Shown in pieces: positions 9,611 through 21,253 of a stretch of DNA of 64,000 nucleotides. Position 1 is the stretch's first letter. Each line of letters opens with the position of its first letter. A program made the translations under genes and the position numbers. The DNA comes from Dehalococcoidia bacterium. GTDB taxonomy: Bacteria > Chloroflexota > Dehalococcoidia > Lucifugimonadales > Australimonadaceae. Under the pieces are notes generated by a model. It worked only from the letters and a program-made list of their open reading frames with translations. It did no database searches and was not told the DNA's origin. Where the stretch lies: contig OZ241751.1 of NCBI GenBank assembly GCA_965201135.1, positions 948,248-1,012,247 of the forward strand. The letters run 5' to 3'.

Positions 9611-9762
9611 CGGTGTTCCTCCTGTGCGTTGCGCGGCGGCGGCTCCGGTTCGCCGGAATCGCCGCGTGACGGGCTGATGCATGCGTTGGGGCGCACGATA
9701 CCCTTGCGCGGGCGTCAAGTCAATCGCCTGCGTCCGTTGCGCCTGCGCGGCTCTTTCTCGTA

Positions 9763-9896
9763 GAAGGCGGCTCCATTTGGCCCCATTTGGCCCCATTTAC
9801 TCCTAGCGCCGGGTCCGCCGCAGGGCCGGTTTGGGGCTGTTTTAGGGCGGAATTGGGGGCGTTTGGGGCGGAAATGGGGCCAAATAGAGCCGCTTC
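9763..9896. repeat. Palindromic element A built from 10-11 nt phased A/T-tract words (word aaatgggg/ccccattt)
   Basis: The ends gaaggcggctccatttggcccc (9763-9784) and ggggccaaatagagccgcttc (9876-9896) are inverted repeats. The left arm is ccatttgg ccccatttgg ccccattta. The right arm is gtttggggc tgttttagggc ggaattggggg cgtttggggc ggaaatggggc caaat. Confidence 0.8.
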
Positions 9897-10049
9897 CGTC
9901 AAGGGGCGTCCGTCCGTCGTTGGGTTCGAGCGGCCGGGTCATAGAGACAGCGTAGGGGAGAGGAGGCGGGAGGCGCAAGGGGCGTTTGTCGCAGGCGGGG
10001 GATGAGGGCTCGCTTGCGCGAGCGGGGCGGAGGGGGCGCTGCGCAGAGA

Positions 10050-10460
10050 CAAGGGGTAGTTTCTCGCTTTCGCGGGAATGACGCGGCGCCGTGGGGATGA
10101 TGGAGACGGGGCTTGCGCCCCGTCGTGGCGCTGGAGCGCCGAATGGATTCCTGCCTACGCAGGAATGACGGAACGCTACGCGCCCCGTCTGCAGTACCCT
10201 CTCCCGCCGCGTTCGCGGCGTCCTCTCCCTTATAGGAGACCTTTGCATAACCCCCCGCTACAGAGCCGGAGCGTCTCAATTCACTCCTAGCATTAAGAGG
10301 AATTGCGGGCTGCAACTGAGTTATGCAAAGGTCTCTATAGGGAGAGGGGGTTCGGCGCTTGCGTGGCGCCCATTGAGGCGGGATTCCCGCCTACGCAGGA
10401 ATGACGGCAAGAGGCGGTCAATGCGCTAGGTTATGCAAGGTCGCCCGGGAATGACGGTTG
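10050..10460. repeat. Cluster of REP-like hairpin modules hosting a nested MITE
   Basis: tttctcgctttcgcgggaatgacg, gagacggggcttgcgccccgtc, ggattcctgcctacgcaggaatgacg, cgccgcgttcgcggcg and ggattcccgcctacgcaggaatgacg are all present. Confidence 0.8.
10237..10334. mobile_element. MITE-like element, copy 1 (98 bp, perfect 15-bp TIRs agacctttgcataac / gttatgcaaaggtct)
   Basis: The TIRs are at 10237-10251 and 10320-10334. The flanking sequences ttatagg | ... | ctatagg look like a 6-7 bp target duplication inside a REP stem (cctctccc...gagaggggg). Confidence 0.7.
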
Positions 10461-10694
10461 ACAGACCCGCGGCGCGCCTGGGCGGGCGGGGACGGGGCGA
10501 GGCGTCCGCCTTACCCCACCCACCACGCCCCATGCGCGTCGACTCTGTGGATATCGGAGCGCCATAAGCAAGCATCTCCGAACAGACGCGGGGGTTCCCG
10601 CCTATGCGGGATGACAAGCGCCCCCTTAATTCCGCTCGCCTGATAGAATGCCCGCGACCGCCCAACTCTGGCCGCAAGGAAACGCCTCTCCGCA

Positions 10695-12516
<1,822 letters not shown>

Positions 12517-12581
12517 CGCGCGCAGGCGCAGGGAACGGCCAACCCACAATAAGGCTTACGCATCGTAGGAGGCGGAACGTT

Positions 12582-13595
12582 ATGAGCACGCGAGTAGGCA
12601 TCAACGGATTCGGACGCATCGGGCGCCAAGTCCTCCGCGCGACGCTGGAGCGTCACCCGGACGACCTCGAGGTCGTCGCGGTGAACGATCTCGCCGCTCC
12701 CGAGGCGAACGCCCACCTCTTCAAGTACGACACGAACTACGGGCGCTATCCCGGAACGGTGCAGGCCGTGGACGGCGGCATCGAGGTGGACGGGCGCAGC
12801 ATCCGGTCGCTCTCCGAGCGCAACCCCGCCGACCTCCCCTGGGGCGACCTCGGCGTGGACATCGTCATCGAGTCCACCGGCCTCTTCACGCAGCGTGAGA
12901 AGGCCGCCGGGCACATCGAGGCGGGCGCCAAGAAGGTCATTATCTCCGCTCCCGCAAGCGGCGAGGACAAGACGCTCGTGCTCGGCGTCAACGACGGCGA
13001 GTACGAGCCGGACGCGCACCACGTCCTCTCCAACGCCTCCTGCACCACCAACTGCGTCGCACAACTGATCAAGGTGCTCAACGACGAATTCGGCGTCAAG
13101 CACGGCCTAATGACCACCGTTCACGCCTACACCAACGATCAGCAGATCCTCGACCAAGTCCATCCGGATATGCGCCGCGCCCGCGCCGCCGCCCAGAACA
13201 TCATCCCCACCAGCACCGGCGCGGCCAAAGTCGTCGGCGTCGTCATCCCCGAACTCAACGGCAAACTGCACGGAATGGCGCTGCGCGTGCCCGTCCCCAC
13301 TGGCTCCATCACCGACTTCGTCGCCGACGTCGGGCGCGACGTCACGAAGGAGGAAGTGAACGAGGCGTTCCGCAAGGCCGCCGAGGGCCCCCTCAACGGC
13401 ATCCTCGACTACACGGAAGACCCCATCGTGAGCAGCGACATTAGGATGAATCCGGCGAGTTGCATCTTCGACGCCGACGCCACGATGGTGATGGAAGGCA
13501 ATATGGTCAAGGCGCTCGGCTGGTACGACAACGAGTGGGGCTACTCCTGCCGCACGTCCGACCTCGCCGCGATGATCGCGGAGAAAGGCGCCTAG
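12582..13595 (+). CDS. gap: Type I glyceraldehyde-3-phosphate dehydrogenase
   Basis: In frame with ORF 12303..13595. AGGAGG is upstream. Matching blocks: [20 protein letters not shown]...SNASCTTNC...WYDNEWGYS. Confidence 0.97.
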   Translation: MSTRVGINGFGRIGRQVLRATLERHPDDLEVVAVNDLAAPEANAHLFKYDTNYGRYPGTVQAVDGGIEVDGRSIRSLSERNPADLPWGDLGVDIVIESTGLFTQREKAAGHIEAGAKKVIISAPASGEDKTLVLGVNDGEYEPDAHHVLSNASCTTNCVAQLIKVLNDEFGVKHGLMTTVHAYTNDQQILDQVHPDMRRARAAAQNIIPTSTGAAKVVGVVIPELNGKLHGMALRVPVPTGSITDFVADVGRDVTKEEVNEAFRKAAEGPLNGILDYTEDPIVSSDIRMNPASCIFDADATMVMEGNMVKALGWYDNEWGYSCRTSDLAAMIAEKGA

Positions 13596-13669
13596 CCGCC
13601 GCCGTCCGGGCGGGCGCGGGCTTACGCGACGGAGCGTCCCCGCGCTCGCCGCATCGCGGCCTCTCCGCT

Positions 13670-16600
13670 ATGCCCGCCGACGCCGCTCCTGAATCTCCGC
13701 CGCGCCCGCGCTCCGCCGCCGTCTCCGAGGAGTTGGCTTGGCTGCGCTCGCGCCTCGCCGCCGCGCCTCGCTGGGCCGTCCTCCTCCCGCTCATCCTCGC
13801 CGCCGCCCTCGCCCTCCGGCTGTACGGCCTCGACTGGGACAACGGCAATTTCTACCACCCCGACGAACGATCCTTTCTTCTCCGCGCCGCCTGTATGCAC
13901 AGCGTGCTGACCGAAGCCCCCGGGTGGGACTCATGCCAGTCGCCCGAACTTCCCCCGGACCGGCCGGGCTTCCCCGGTATCGGAACGTTCTTCGATAAAG
14001 ACGCGAGCCCGCTCAACCCCCATTGGTTCCCGCTCGGCAGCGTCCTCATATACCTGCTGGTCGCCGTTCGCTTCCTCTTGGGGCTAGTTATGAACGGCGT
14101 CGGACTCGACGACCTCGCCCTCGCCGGAAGAGCGGTCGCCGCGCTCGTCGACACGGCGACCGTTGCGCTCGTGTTTCTGCTGGGGCGGCGGCTGTTCGGC
14201 GCGGCGACGGGGCTGCTCGCCGCCGCGCTGACCGCGTTCGCAGTGGTCGGCGTCCAACTCGCGCACTTCTACCGCCCTGAGCCGTTCGTGCTGCTCCTCG
14301 CCCCGCTCGCCTTCTGGTGGATGCTCAACGCGCTCGAGCGAAATCGCGCGCGCGACCACATCGCGCTTGGCGTCGTCATCGGCGCGACTTTCGCCGTTAG
14401 AGGAAGCAGCCTGCCGATGCTCGTCCCGGTCGCGCTCGCTTACGCCGCGCTTGCATGGCGGCTCCGCGCCGACGACGAGCCCGCTTCCTCCGCGCTCCCC
14501 CCCATCGCCAAGCCCGCCGCGCTCGCGGCAGGGGCGGCCGCCGTCGCGTTCTTCCTGCTCCAGCCCTACGCCGTGCTCGATCACCGGCAATACGTAGGAG
14601 ACCTCGCGTGGCAAGTCAATATGGTCGGAAACGCGGGCATCGTCCCGTTCACCCTCCAATACGTCGGCGCGCCGCTGACCGGGATATACGAACTGCGCCA
14701 GACCATCGTCTGGGGGCTGGGAGCGCCGCTCGGCGTCGCGGCGTGGGGAGGGCTCGCCCTCAGCCTCGCGGCGGCGTTCCGCCGCCCCCGCGTCGGCGAG
14801 TGGCTGCTGCTGTCGTGGGTCATCGTCTTTCTCATCAGCATCGTCCCCCTGTTCGAAGTGAAGTTTCTGCGCTACGCCGCGCCCATTCTCCCCGTGCTCA
14901 TTTTGCTCGGCAGCCGCTGGATGATCGAGGCGCTCCGGTTCGCCCGGGCGCGCGGCGCGGCGCTCGGATACGCGGCGGGCGCCGTCATCGCGCTCATCCT
15001 CGCCGCGACCGCCTTCTACGCCCTCGCCTTCGTGAACGCCTACCGCCACGACCACCCGGCCGTGCAGGCGTCCGCCTGGATGAACGCGAACGCCCCCGAC
15101 GGCGCCGTCATCCTCACGGACAACCACTGGGACGAAGGATTTCCCAACCTCCGAAGGTTCGCCGTCTCCCGACTGCCGATGTACGAGCGCGACACGCCGG
15201 ACAAGGCGCGCGACGTCGCCGCGCAAGTCGCCGACGCCGACTTCATCATGGCCTACAGCAACCGGCCTTGGGGAAGCATCGCCCGCGTCCCCGACCGCTA
15301 CCCCTACAGCGCCGCCTACTACCGCGCCCTCTTCTCCGGCGAACTCGGCTACGAACTGGCGCAAGGCTTCGCGCGCTACCCCTCCCTCGCGGGCGTCACG
15401 TTCATTCACGACCCCTTCACTAGAGCGGGCGTCCAGCGCCCCGAGACGATCCCGGGCGCGCCGACCGGCCCCCTAACCATCGACCTCGGCTACGCCGACG
15501 AGAACGTCGTCAACTACGACCGCCCCCTCGTTCTCGTATGGCGCAACGCGGAGCGCCTGAGCGCGGAGACGATCAGCGCTCTGATGCTCGCGGCGGACGC
15601 GCCTCCTCCGCCCGAGCGCGCTCTGATGAGCGACGAGCGGCGCGCGCTCCAGCAGTCCGGCGGGACGTGGACGGACATCTTCGACGAGAGCGGCCCGAAC
15701 GCCTGGGCGCCGTGGCTCGTCTGGCTCATCGCCGTCGAGATCATCTTCCTTGCCGCGCTGCCTCTCGCGGCGCGCCTGATGCGCCGCCTGCCCGATATGG
15801 GCGTCGCGCTGGCCAAACCCCTCGGACTTCTCGTCGTCGCGTGGCTCGTCTGGCTAGGCGCGAGCGCGGGCGTGTGGACGTTCTCTCGGGGCAGCGTCGC
15901 GCTCTCCGTCCTCCTCCTCGCCCTCGCGTCCGGCGCCGTCTTGCTCCGCGACAGGTCGCTCGTCGCGCTGGCGAAACGCCGGTGGCGCCGCATCCTGACC
16001 ATCGAGGCGCTCTTCATCGCCGCCTACCTCGCCTTCATGCTCATCCGCGCCGCGAACCCCGACCTCTGGCACCCGTGGCGCGGCGGCGAGAAGCCGATGG
16101 ACCTCGCCTACCTCGCCGCCGTCGTGAAGTCGTCCGCGTTCCCCCCGTTCGATCCGTGGTACGCGGGCGGATTCATCAACTACTACTACTTCGGATTCGT
16201 TCCCGTCGCGGCGCTGATACGGCTCACCGGCATCGTTCCGGAAGTCGCCTACAACCTCGCGCTGCCGCTTCTCTTCGCCCTCGCGTTCACGGGGGCGTTC
16301 AGCGCGGGCTACAACCTCGCCGAGGCGCTGCGCCGCCGCGGCAAACTCGCCGCGCCCGCGTGGAGTTCCGCCGCGGCCGGAGCCGCGGCCGCGCTCCTCG
16401 TGACCACGCTCGCCAACGTGGACGGCGCGGCGCAACTCCTGCAAGGCGCGTGGCGCAGCCTCGTGGGAGAGCATTTCGGGCATTTCGACTTCTGGCGCAG
16501 CAGCCGCGTCCTGTCCCACCCTGGCGAGCATGCCAGCGTGACCGAGTTTCCCTTCTGGACGTTCCTTTTCGGCGACCTCCACGCCCATCTGATCTCGCTG

Positions 16601-18040
16601 CCGTTCCAGACGCTCGCCGTCGGCCTCGCCGCGAACCTCGTCCTCAGCGCGAGGAAGTCGCTCCCGCTGGTCCGCCTGATGCCCGCCATCGCCATGCTGG
16701 GATTCGTCGTCGGATCGTTCGCCGCGATCAACACGTGGGACGTTCCCGTCTACGCCCTCCTGAGCCTGGCGGCGCTGGCGATTGCGCTGCTCGTTCGCGG
16801 CGGCCCGCCGGAGCCGTCGACGGTCGCCAAGGGCTTGCTCGCGCTCGCGCTCTTCTGGGCCGTTCTTTACGCCGCGTGGCTGCCCTTCCATCTCGACTAC
16901 GAGGCGGCAGCGTCCGGCGCGACCGTCAGCCAGTGGCGCACGGCCCTCTGGCGCTACGCCGCCGCGCACGCCCTGCTCCTCTTCGCCGCCGTCTCATGGC
17001 TCGCCGTTGAGGCGAAACGCCTCCTGCTCGACGGAGCGGGTCGCCGCGCGCTGACCGCCGCCGCCGTTCTCCCCGTGATCGCGCTCGCGGCCTTCCTCAG
17101 CGTGGACGCGCTGCGCCAGTGGACCACGGCCGCGCTCCTCGCGACGCTCATCGCCGCCGCGCTCGCCGTCGGCGCCGTCCGCCTCGCCCGCAGGAACGAG
17201 GCCGAATCCCCCCCGAATCTTCTGCTGCTCTCCGCGCTCGTTCTCGCGCTCGGCGTCGGGCTCGGCGTCGAGTTCCTCACGGTCGAAAACGACATAGACC
17301 GGATGAACACGGTGTTCAAACTCTATCTGAACGCATGGGTTCTCTTCGGAATCGTCGGGGGCGTCGGGCTATGGCGCGTCTGGGCGTCGCGGGCGATTTC
17401 GTTCGGAACGCGAGGCGGAAGAATATGGCTCGGCGCGCTCGCCGTTCTCGCGCTGGCGAGCGCCGTCTACCCCGCGCTGGGAACGCGCGCCCGCCTCGCC
17501 GACAGATTCCAGCCGTTCGCCGGCGTCACGCTGGACGGGCGCGCCTACCAGCAATCCGCCGTCTACGGCGACCCCGGCAACCCGGGCGCGGGCGCGCCGG
17601 GCGCCGAGTACGCCCTCAGGCGCGACGCCGAGGCCATCAACTTCATCCGCGCCAACGTCGAAGGCTCGCCCGTCTTCCTCGAAGGCGTGACTCCCGACGC
17701 CTACAGATGGTATCCGCGCGTCCCCAAATACGCCGGCCTGCCCGTCGTCGTCGGCTGGCAGTGGCACCAAATCCAACAGCGCGGAGCAGGCGGAGCCGAG
17801 CCCCAGGCCGTGCGCGACCGAATGGCCGACGTCGCCCTGATGTACGAGACGGAGAGCCCCGCGCTGTTCCTGGACACGGCGCGGAAGTACGGCGTCGAAT
17901 ACGTCTACCTCGGCCCCGCCGAGCGCGTCTACTTCCCCGGCCCCGGCCTCGACAAGTTTGACGCGATGGCCGGCTCCTCGCTGGAGCGAATCTTCACGAA
18001 CGGGGAAGCGTCCGTCTACCGCGTGCTCGGCGGGGAATGA
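13670..18040 (+). CDS. DUF2298 / Chlor_Arch_YYY-domain giant polytopic membrane protein (GT-C/ArnT-like N-terminus)
   Basis: In frame with ORF 13460..18040; start MPADAAPESPP... It has many TM helices and the hallmark AGGFINYYYFGF motif. The N-terminal LRLYGLDWDNGNFYHPDERSF is typical of this family. Confidence 0.85.
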   Translation: MPADAAPESPPRPRSAAVSEELAWLRSRLAAAPRWAVLLPLILAAALALRLYGLDWDNGNFYHPDERSFLLRAACMHSVLTEAPGWDSCQSPELPPDRPGFPGIGTFFDKDASPLNPHWFPLGSVLIYLLVAVRFLLGLVMNGVGLDDLALAGRAVAALVDTATVALVFLLGRRLFGAATGLLAAALTAFAVVGVQLAHFYRPEPFVLLLAPLAFWWMLNALERNRARDHIALGVVIGATFAVRGSSLPMLVPVALAYAALAWRLRADDEPASSALPPIAKPAALAAGAAAVAFFLLQPYAVLDHRQYVGDLAWQVNMVGNAGIVPFTLQYVGAPLTGIYELRQTIVWGLGAPLGVAAWGGLALSLAAAFRRPRVGEWLLLSWVIVFLISIVPLFEVKFLRYAAPILPVLILLGSRWMIEALRFARARGAALGYAAGAVIALILAATAFYALAFVNAYRHDHPAVQASAWMNANAPDGAVILTDNHWDEGFPNLRRFAVSRLPMYERDTPDKARDVAAQVADADFIMAYSNRPWGSIARVPDRYPYSAAYYRALFSGELGYELAQGFARYPSLAGVTFIHDPFTRAGVQRPETIPGAPTGPLTIDLGYADENVVNYDRPLVLVWRNAERLSAETISALMLAADAPPPPERALMSDERRALQQSGGTWTDIFDESGPNAWAPWLVWLIAVEIIFLAALPLAARLMRRLPDMGVALAKPLGLLVVAWLVWLGASAGVWTFSRGSVALSVLLLALASGAVLLRDRSLVALAKRRWRRILTIEALFIAAYLAFMLIRAANPDLWHPWRGGEKPMDLAYLAAVVKSSAFPPFDPWYAGGFINYYYFGFVPVAALIRLTGIVPEVAYNLALPLLFALAFTGAFSAGYNLAEALRRRGKLAAPAWSSAAAGAAAALLVTTLANVDGAAQLLQGAWRSLVGEHFGHFDFWRSSRVLSHPGEHASVTEFPFWTFLFGDLHAHLISLPFQTLAVGLAANLVLSARKSLPLVRLMPAIAMLGFVVGSFAAINTWDVPVYALLSLAALAIALLVRGGPPEPSTVAKGLLALALFWAVLYAAWLPFHLDYEAAASGATVSQWRTALWRYAAAHALLLFAAVSWLAVEAKRLLLDGAGRRALTAAAVLPVIALAAFLSVDALRQWTTAALLATLIAAALAVGAVRLARRNEAESPPNLLLLSALVLALGVGLGVEFLTVENDIDRMNTVFKLYLNAWVLFGIVGGVGLWRVWASRAISFGTRGGRIWLGALAVLALASAVYPALGTRARLADRFQPFAGVTLDGRAYQQSAVYGDPGNPGAGAPGAEYALRRDAEAINFIRANVEGSPVFLEGVTPDAYRWYPRVPKYAGLPVVVGWQWHQIQQRGAGGAEPQAVRDRMADVALMYETESPALFLDTARKYGVEYVYLGPAERVYFPGPGLDKFDAMAGSSLERIFTNGEASVYRVLGGE

Positions 18041-18058
18041 GGGGGCGGCTTCCGGGCA

Positions 18059-18131
18059 GGTTCCCGCGAAAGAGGGAATGACGGCGGCGCAGGAACCAGG
18101 GAGGCGCGTTGCGAGTTATGCAAAGGTCTCT
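18059..18131. repeat. REP hairpin plus solitary MITE end (gagttatgcaaaggtctct)
   Basis: ggttcccgcgaaagagggaatgacgg is followed by gagttatgcaaaggtctct, which matches the right TIR of the MITE at 10320-10334. Confidence 0.6.
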
Positions 18132-18217
18132 GGTTGGGAGCGCGGGCGCGACAGCGGGCGCTTGCCGAACCGCCCGCCTTACGCATAGGCTATGCCTCGC
18201 CGGCGGGAACGGCGCCA

Positions 18218-21160
18218 ATGGCCACTAGCGAACCCGAAATCAACATAGCCCTCGCGGAGACGCTCGACGCGCTTCGCGCCAACTGGCGCGTCAGCGGCGA
18301 GCGGCTGGGGCGGCTGCAGGGCTCGCGCGGCCAGCCCGACATCCTCGTCACCGCGACCGCGTCCGCGCCCGTCGTCATCGAGACGGAGGTCGCCCCCGCC
18401 GCGACGGTCGAGGACGACGCCCGGGACCGGCTCGGCGCCGCGCTTACCGACGGCTCGCTCATCTTCGCCGCCATCGCCGTCCGCGTCCCCCTTAGGTTCC
18501 GCGACCTCGAGGCCGAGGCGCTCCGCGACGCGCTCCGCCAAACCGACGCCGGCCTCGAGTACGCGCTGCTCGCCGGGTCGTCGCGCGGTCAATACGACCG
18601 GTTCCCCGACGCGGGATGGCTCGTCGGCGGCGCGACGGACCTCGCGCGCCTCGCTTATCAGGCGAGCATCCCCTTGCGCGCCATCGAGAACGCCGCCGAC
18701 CGCCTCGAGCAGGGCGTCCGCGCCGCATCGGAGCGGCTGAGCGAAACGATAGAACTCCGCCCCGACGTCGGCCCGTGGATCGCCGAGCGCGTCCATCAGC
18801 AAGACGGCGTCCAGACGCGGCGCATGGCGATGACCATCGTCACCAACGCGCTCGTCTTTCACGCGAACCTCGCGGGCTCCCACGGCGTCAAGCACCTCGA
18901 CGCCTTGCGAAACCCCTCCAGCGGACGGTTCTCCAAAATGGCCGTCCTCGACGAGTGGCGCAATATCCTCTGCGTCAACTATTACCCCATCTTCGACATC
19001 GCGCATCAGATTATGTCGCAACTGCCCGAGGGGTTGGCGTCCGACGTGTTCGGATTGCTCTCGGCCACCGCCATGGGGCTGATAGACGAGGGCGTGACCC
19101 GCTCGCACGACCTCTCCGGCGTCGTCTTTCAGCGGCTCATCGCCGACCGGAAGTTCCTCGCCACCTTCTACACGACGCCGTCCGCCGCCGCTATGCTCGC
19201 CGCGCTCGCTCTTCCCGACCGCGAAGGCGAATCCGCCCCTGGGCAACTCAAGATCGGAGACTTCTCTTGCGGCACCGGCACGCTCCTCTCCGCCGGATAC
19301 CGCAGGCTGGTGGCGCTCCGCGAGTCGCGCGGCGGCAGCGGGGAAGACCTCCACGCCCGGGCGATGGAGGAGGAGGTCGTCGGCGCGGACATTATGCCGA
19401 TGTCCGTTCACCTCACGACGTCGATGCTGGCGTCCGCCTACCCCACGAGGCAATTCGCCAATACGCGAATCTACACGCTTCCTTACGGCAGGCATGGGGA
19501 AACCGACTACGCGCTGGGGTCGCTCGACCTGCTCTCCGAAGACGCGCAAATTCAGCCGTTGTTCCGCACGAGCGCGCCCGTCCGCATCACCGGCACAGGC
19601 GAGGAGCGCGTCGTGGAGAAACTCGACCTCAAGCCGGGCGATTTCGATCTTGTGATTATGAATCCGCCGTTCACCCGCCCCACCAACCACGCGGGCAAGC
19701 GCAAAGAGATTCCCAATCCGGCGTTCGCGGGACTGGGAACGGACAAAGAGGCGCAGCGGGAGATGTCCAACCTCGCAAAGTCGCTGGGGCGCGCCACCTG
19801 CGCCGACGGCAATGCGGGAACCGCCTCCCACTTCATCGCGCTCGCCGACAAGATGGCCGCCGATTCGGGAACCGTCGCGATGGTGCTGCCTCTCGTTTTC
19901 CTGCAAGGCGCGAGTTGGCAAAAAGCCCGCGACCTGTTCCGCGACAACTACCGCGACGTCATCGTCGTTTCCATCGCAGGGGAGAAAGGCGTCGACAAGT
20001 CGTTCTCCGCCGAAACGGATATGGGCGAAGTCTTGGTCGTCGCGCGGAAGCGCGGCGATCAAGCCCCGGGCGAGCGCGGCCTCTTCGTCAACCTCGTCCG
20101 CCGCCCGAGAAACCCGATGGAAGGCGAAGAGATCGCTGAGCAAATCACCCGAATGGCCGCGGCAGGCGGCATCCGGACTCTGGAGGCCGGCCCCGTCGGC
20201 GGCTCCGTGATATTCGTCGGGGAAGAGCAAGTGGACGAAGTCTTGGACTGCCCGCTTGTCAAAGGCGGCCAGTGGCCGGTCGCGGGAATGATCGACCTCG
20301 GACTCGCGCAAAGCGCTTACCAATTGGCGCTCGGCCGCCTCTGGCTGCCCGGACTCTTCGAGCCCGCCGCCTTTCGGTTGCCCATAACCCCTCTCGAAAA
20401 CATCGGCAGACTGGGATTTCTCCACCGCGACATCAACGAAGGCGGAGGGCGCGGCTCTTTTGATATTCGCAGGCCGCCCAGAGCCTCGTCTTCTTACCCC
20501 ACGCTGTGGGGGCATAAGTCGGATCACGAGCGGGCAATGCTGGTGGAGCCGGATTCGGAAGCGCGGGTCAGAGCGGGGAAGGAGCAGCGGGCGAAGGCGA
20601 TATGGGAGACCGCGACGCGGCTTCACCACAACAGAGACTTCGGCTTTAACGCCGGCGCCTTGGCCGCAGCGTTCACCGAGCGCGGGGCGCTCGGCGGCGC
20701 CTCATGGCCAAACATTATCCTCAACCAGCCCGACCGTGAACTGGCGCACATGCTTTGGGCCAACTCCACCCTCGGCTGCTTCATTTACTGGTGGCATTCC
20801 TCCAAGCAGCAGACCGCGCGCGGGCGAATGCCGCGCACGCAAGCCGCAACGATGCCCACTCTCGACGTTGGCGCCCTCAGCGACGATCAGGTCGCGCAGG
20901 CCAACGCCCTCTTCGAAGACCTGAAAGCGAGGCCGATGCGTCCGCTCAACGAGGCTGCGGAGGACGAAGTCCGTCAGGAACTCGACCGCCGCATGCTCGT
21001 GGACATACTCGGCGTTCCTTCCGAGTTGATGCCCAGCATCGATCTGCTGCGCGAGACGCTCTGCGCCGAGCCGTCGGTCCACGGCGACAAAAAGTCGAAA
21101 GCCGCCGCGCCGTTGACGCGAAGACGCGCAAGGTCTGCGGGACGAGCGCGAAGACTGTGA
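18218..21160 (+). CDS. Large nuclease-like/N6-adenine methyltransferase fusion (NPPF type), paralog 1; single-polypeptide type IIG-like or novel
   Basis: In frame with ORF 18134..21160; start MATSEPEINIAL. The N-terminus has a PD...E-x-E variant of the nuclease motif (GQPDILVTATASAPVVIETEV). FYTTPSAAAMLAALAL is motif X-like, DFSCGTGTLLSAG is motif I, and LVIMNPPFTRPT is motif IV. Blocks are homologous to 59776..62553. Confidence 0.75.
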   Translation: MATSEPEINIALAETLDALRANWRVSGERLGRLQGSRGQPDILVTATASAPVVIETEVAPAATVEDDARDRLGAALTDGSLIFAAIAVRVPLRFRDLEAEALRDALRQTDAGLEYALLAGSSRGQYDRFPDAGWLVGGATDLARLAYQASIPLRAIENAADRLEQGVRAASERLSETIELRPDVGPWIAERVHQQDGVQTRRMAMTIVTNALVFHANLAGSHGVKHLDALRNPSSGRFSKMAVLDEWRNILCVNYYPIFDIAHQIMSQLPEGLASDVFGLLSATAMGLIDEGVTRSHDLSGVVFQRLIADRKFLATFYTTPSAAAMLAALALPDREGESAPGQLKIGDFSCGTGTLLSAGYRRLVALRESRGGSGEDLHARAMEEEVVGADIMPMSVHLTTSMLASAYPTRQFANTRIYTLPYGRHGETDYALGSLDLLSEDAQIQPLFRTSAPVRITGTGEERVVEKLDLKPGDFDLVIMNPPFTRPTNHAGKRKEIPNPAFAGLGTDKEAQREMSNLAKSLGRATCADGNAGTASHFIALADKMAADSGTVAMVLPLVFLQGASWQKARDLFRDNYRDVIVVSIAGEKGVDKSFSAETDMGEVLVVARKRGDQAPGERGLFVNLVRRPRNPMEGEEIAEQITRMAAAGGIRTLEAGPVGGSVIFVGEEQVDEVLDCPLVKGGQWPVAGMIDLGLAQSAYQLALGRLWLPGLFEPAAFRLPITPLENIGRLGFLHRDINEGGGRGSFDIRRPPRASSSYPTLWGHKSDHERAMLVEPDSEARVRAGKEQRAKAIWETATRLHHNRDFGFNAGALAAAFTERGALGGASWPNIILNQPDRELAHMLWANSTLGCFIYWWHSSKQQTARGRMPRTQAATMPTLDVGALSDDQVAQANALFEDLKARPMRPLNEAAEDEVRQELDRRMLVDILGVPSELMPSIDLLRETLCAEPSVHGDKKSKAAAPLTRRRARSAGRARRL

Positions 21161-21253
21161 CATTTGCCTCTTGCGTCATCGTCGCGCGTCCGCCTACGCT
21201 TGCGCCATCGTCTCGCCCCGCCCGCAAGCGGGGCGCCTGCAGGAGGAGTCCGT

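Noticed and set aside
9611-9796. N-terminal extension of the TctC-like ORF starting at ATG 9796, which has an AGGAG upstream.
   Set aside because: A canonical lipoprotein signal peptide with its own AGGAGG begins at 9610. The extension is encoded by the palindromic repeat element A, and the AGGAGTAAATG is part of that repeat (it is also present in element B).
18179-20629. 816-aa antisense ORF. The same judgement applies to 45133-47268 (711 aa), 14084-15409, 26238-27863, 11122-12549 and similar ORFs.
   Set aside because: These lie opposite or out of frame to genes with strong family motifs. Their composition is dominated by R, A, G, P and D/E runs, as expected for non-coding frames in high-GC DNA.
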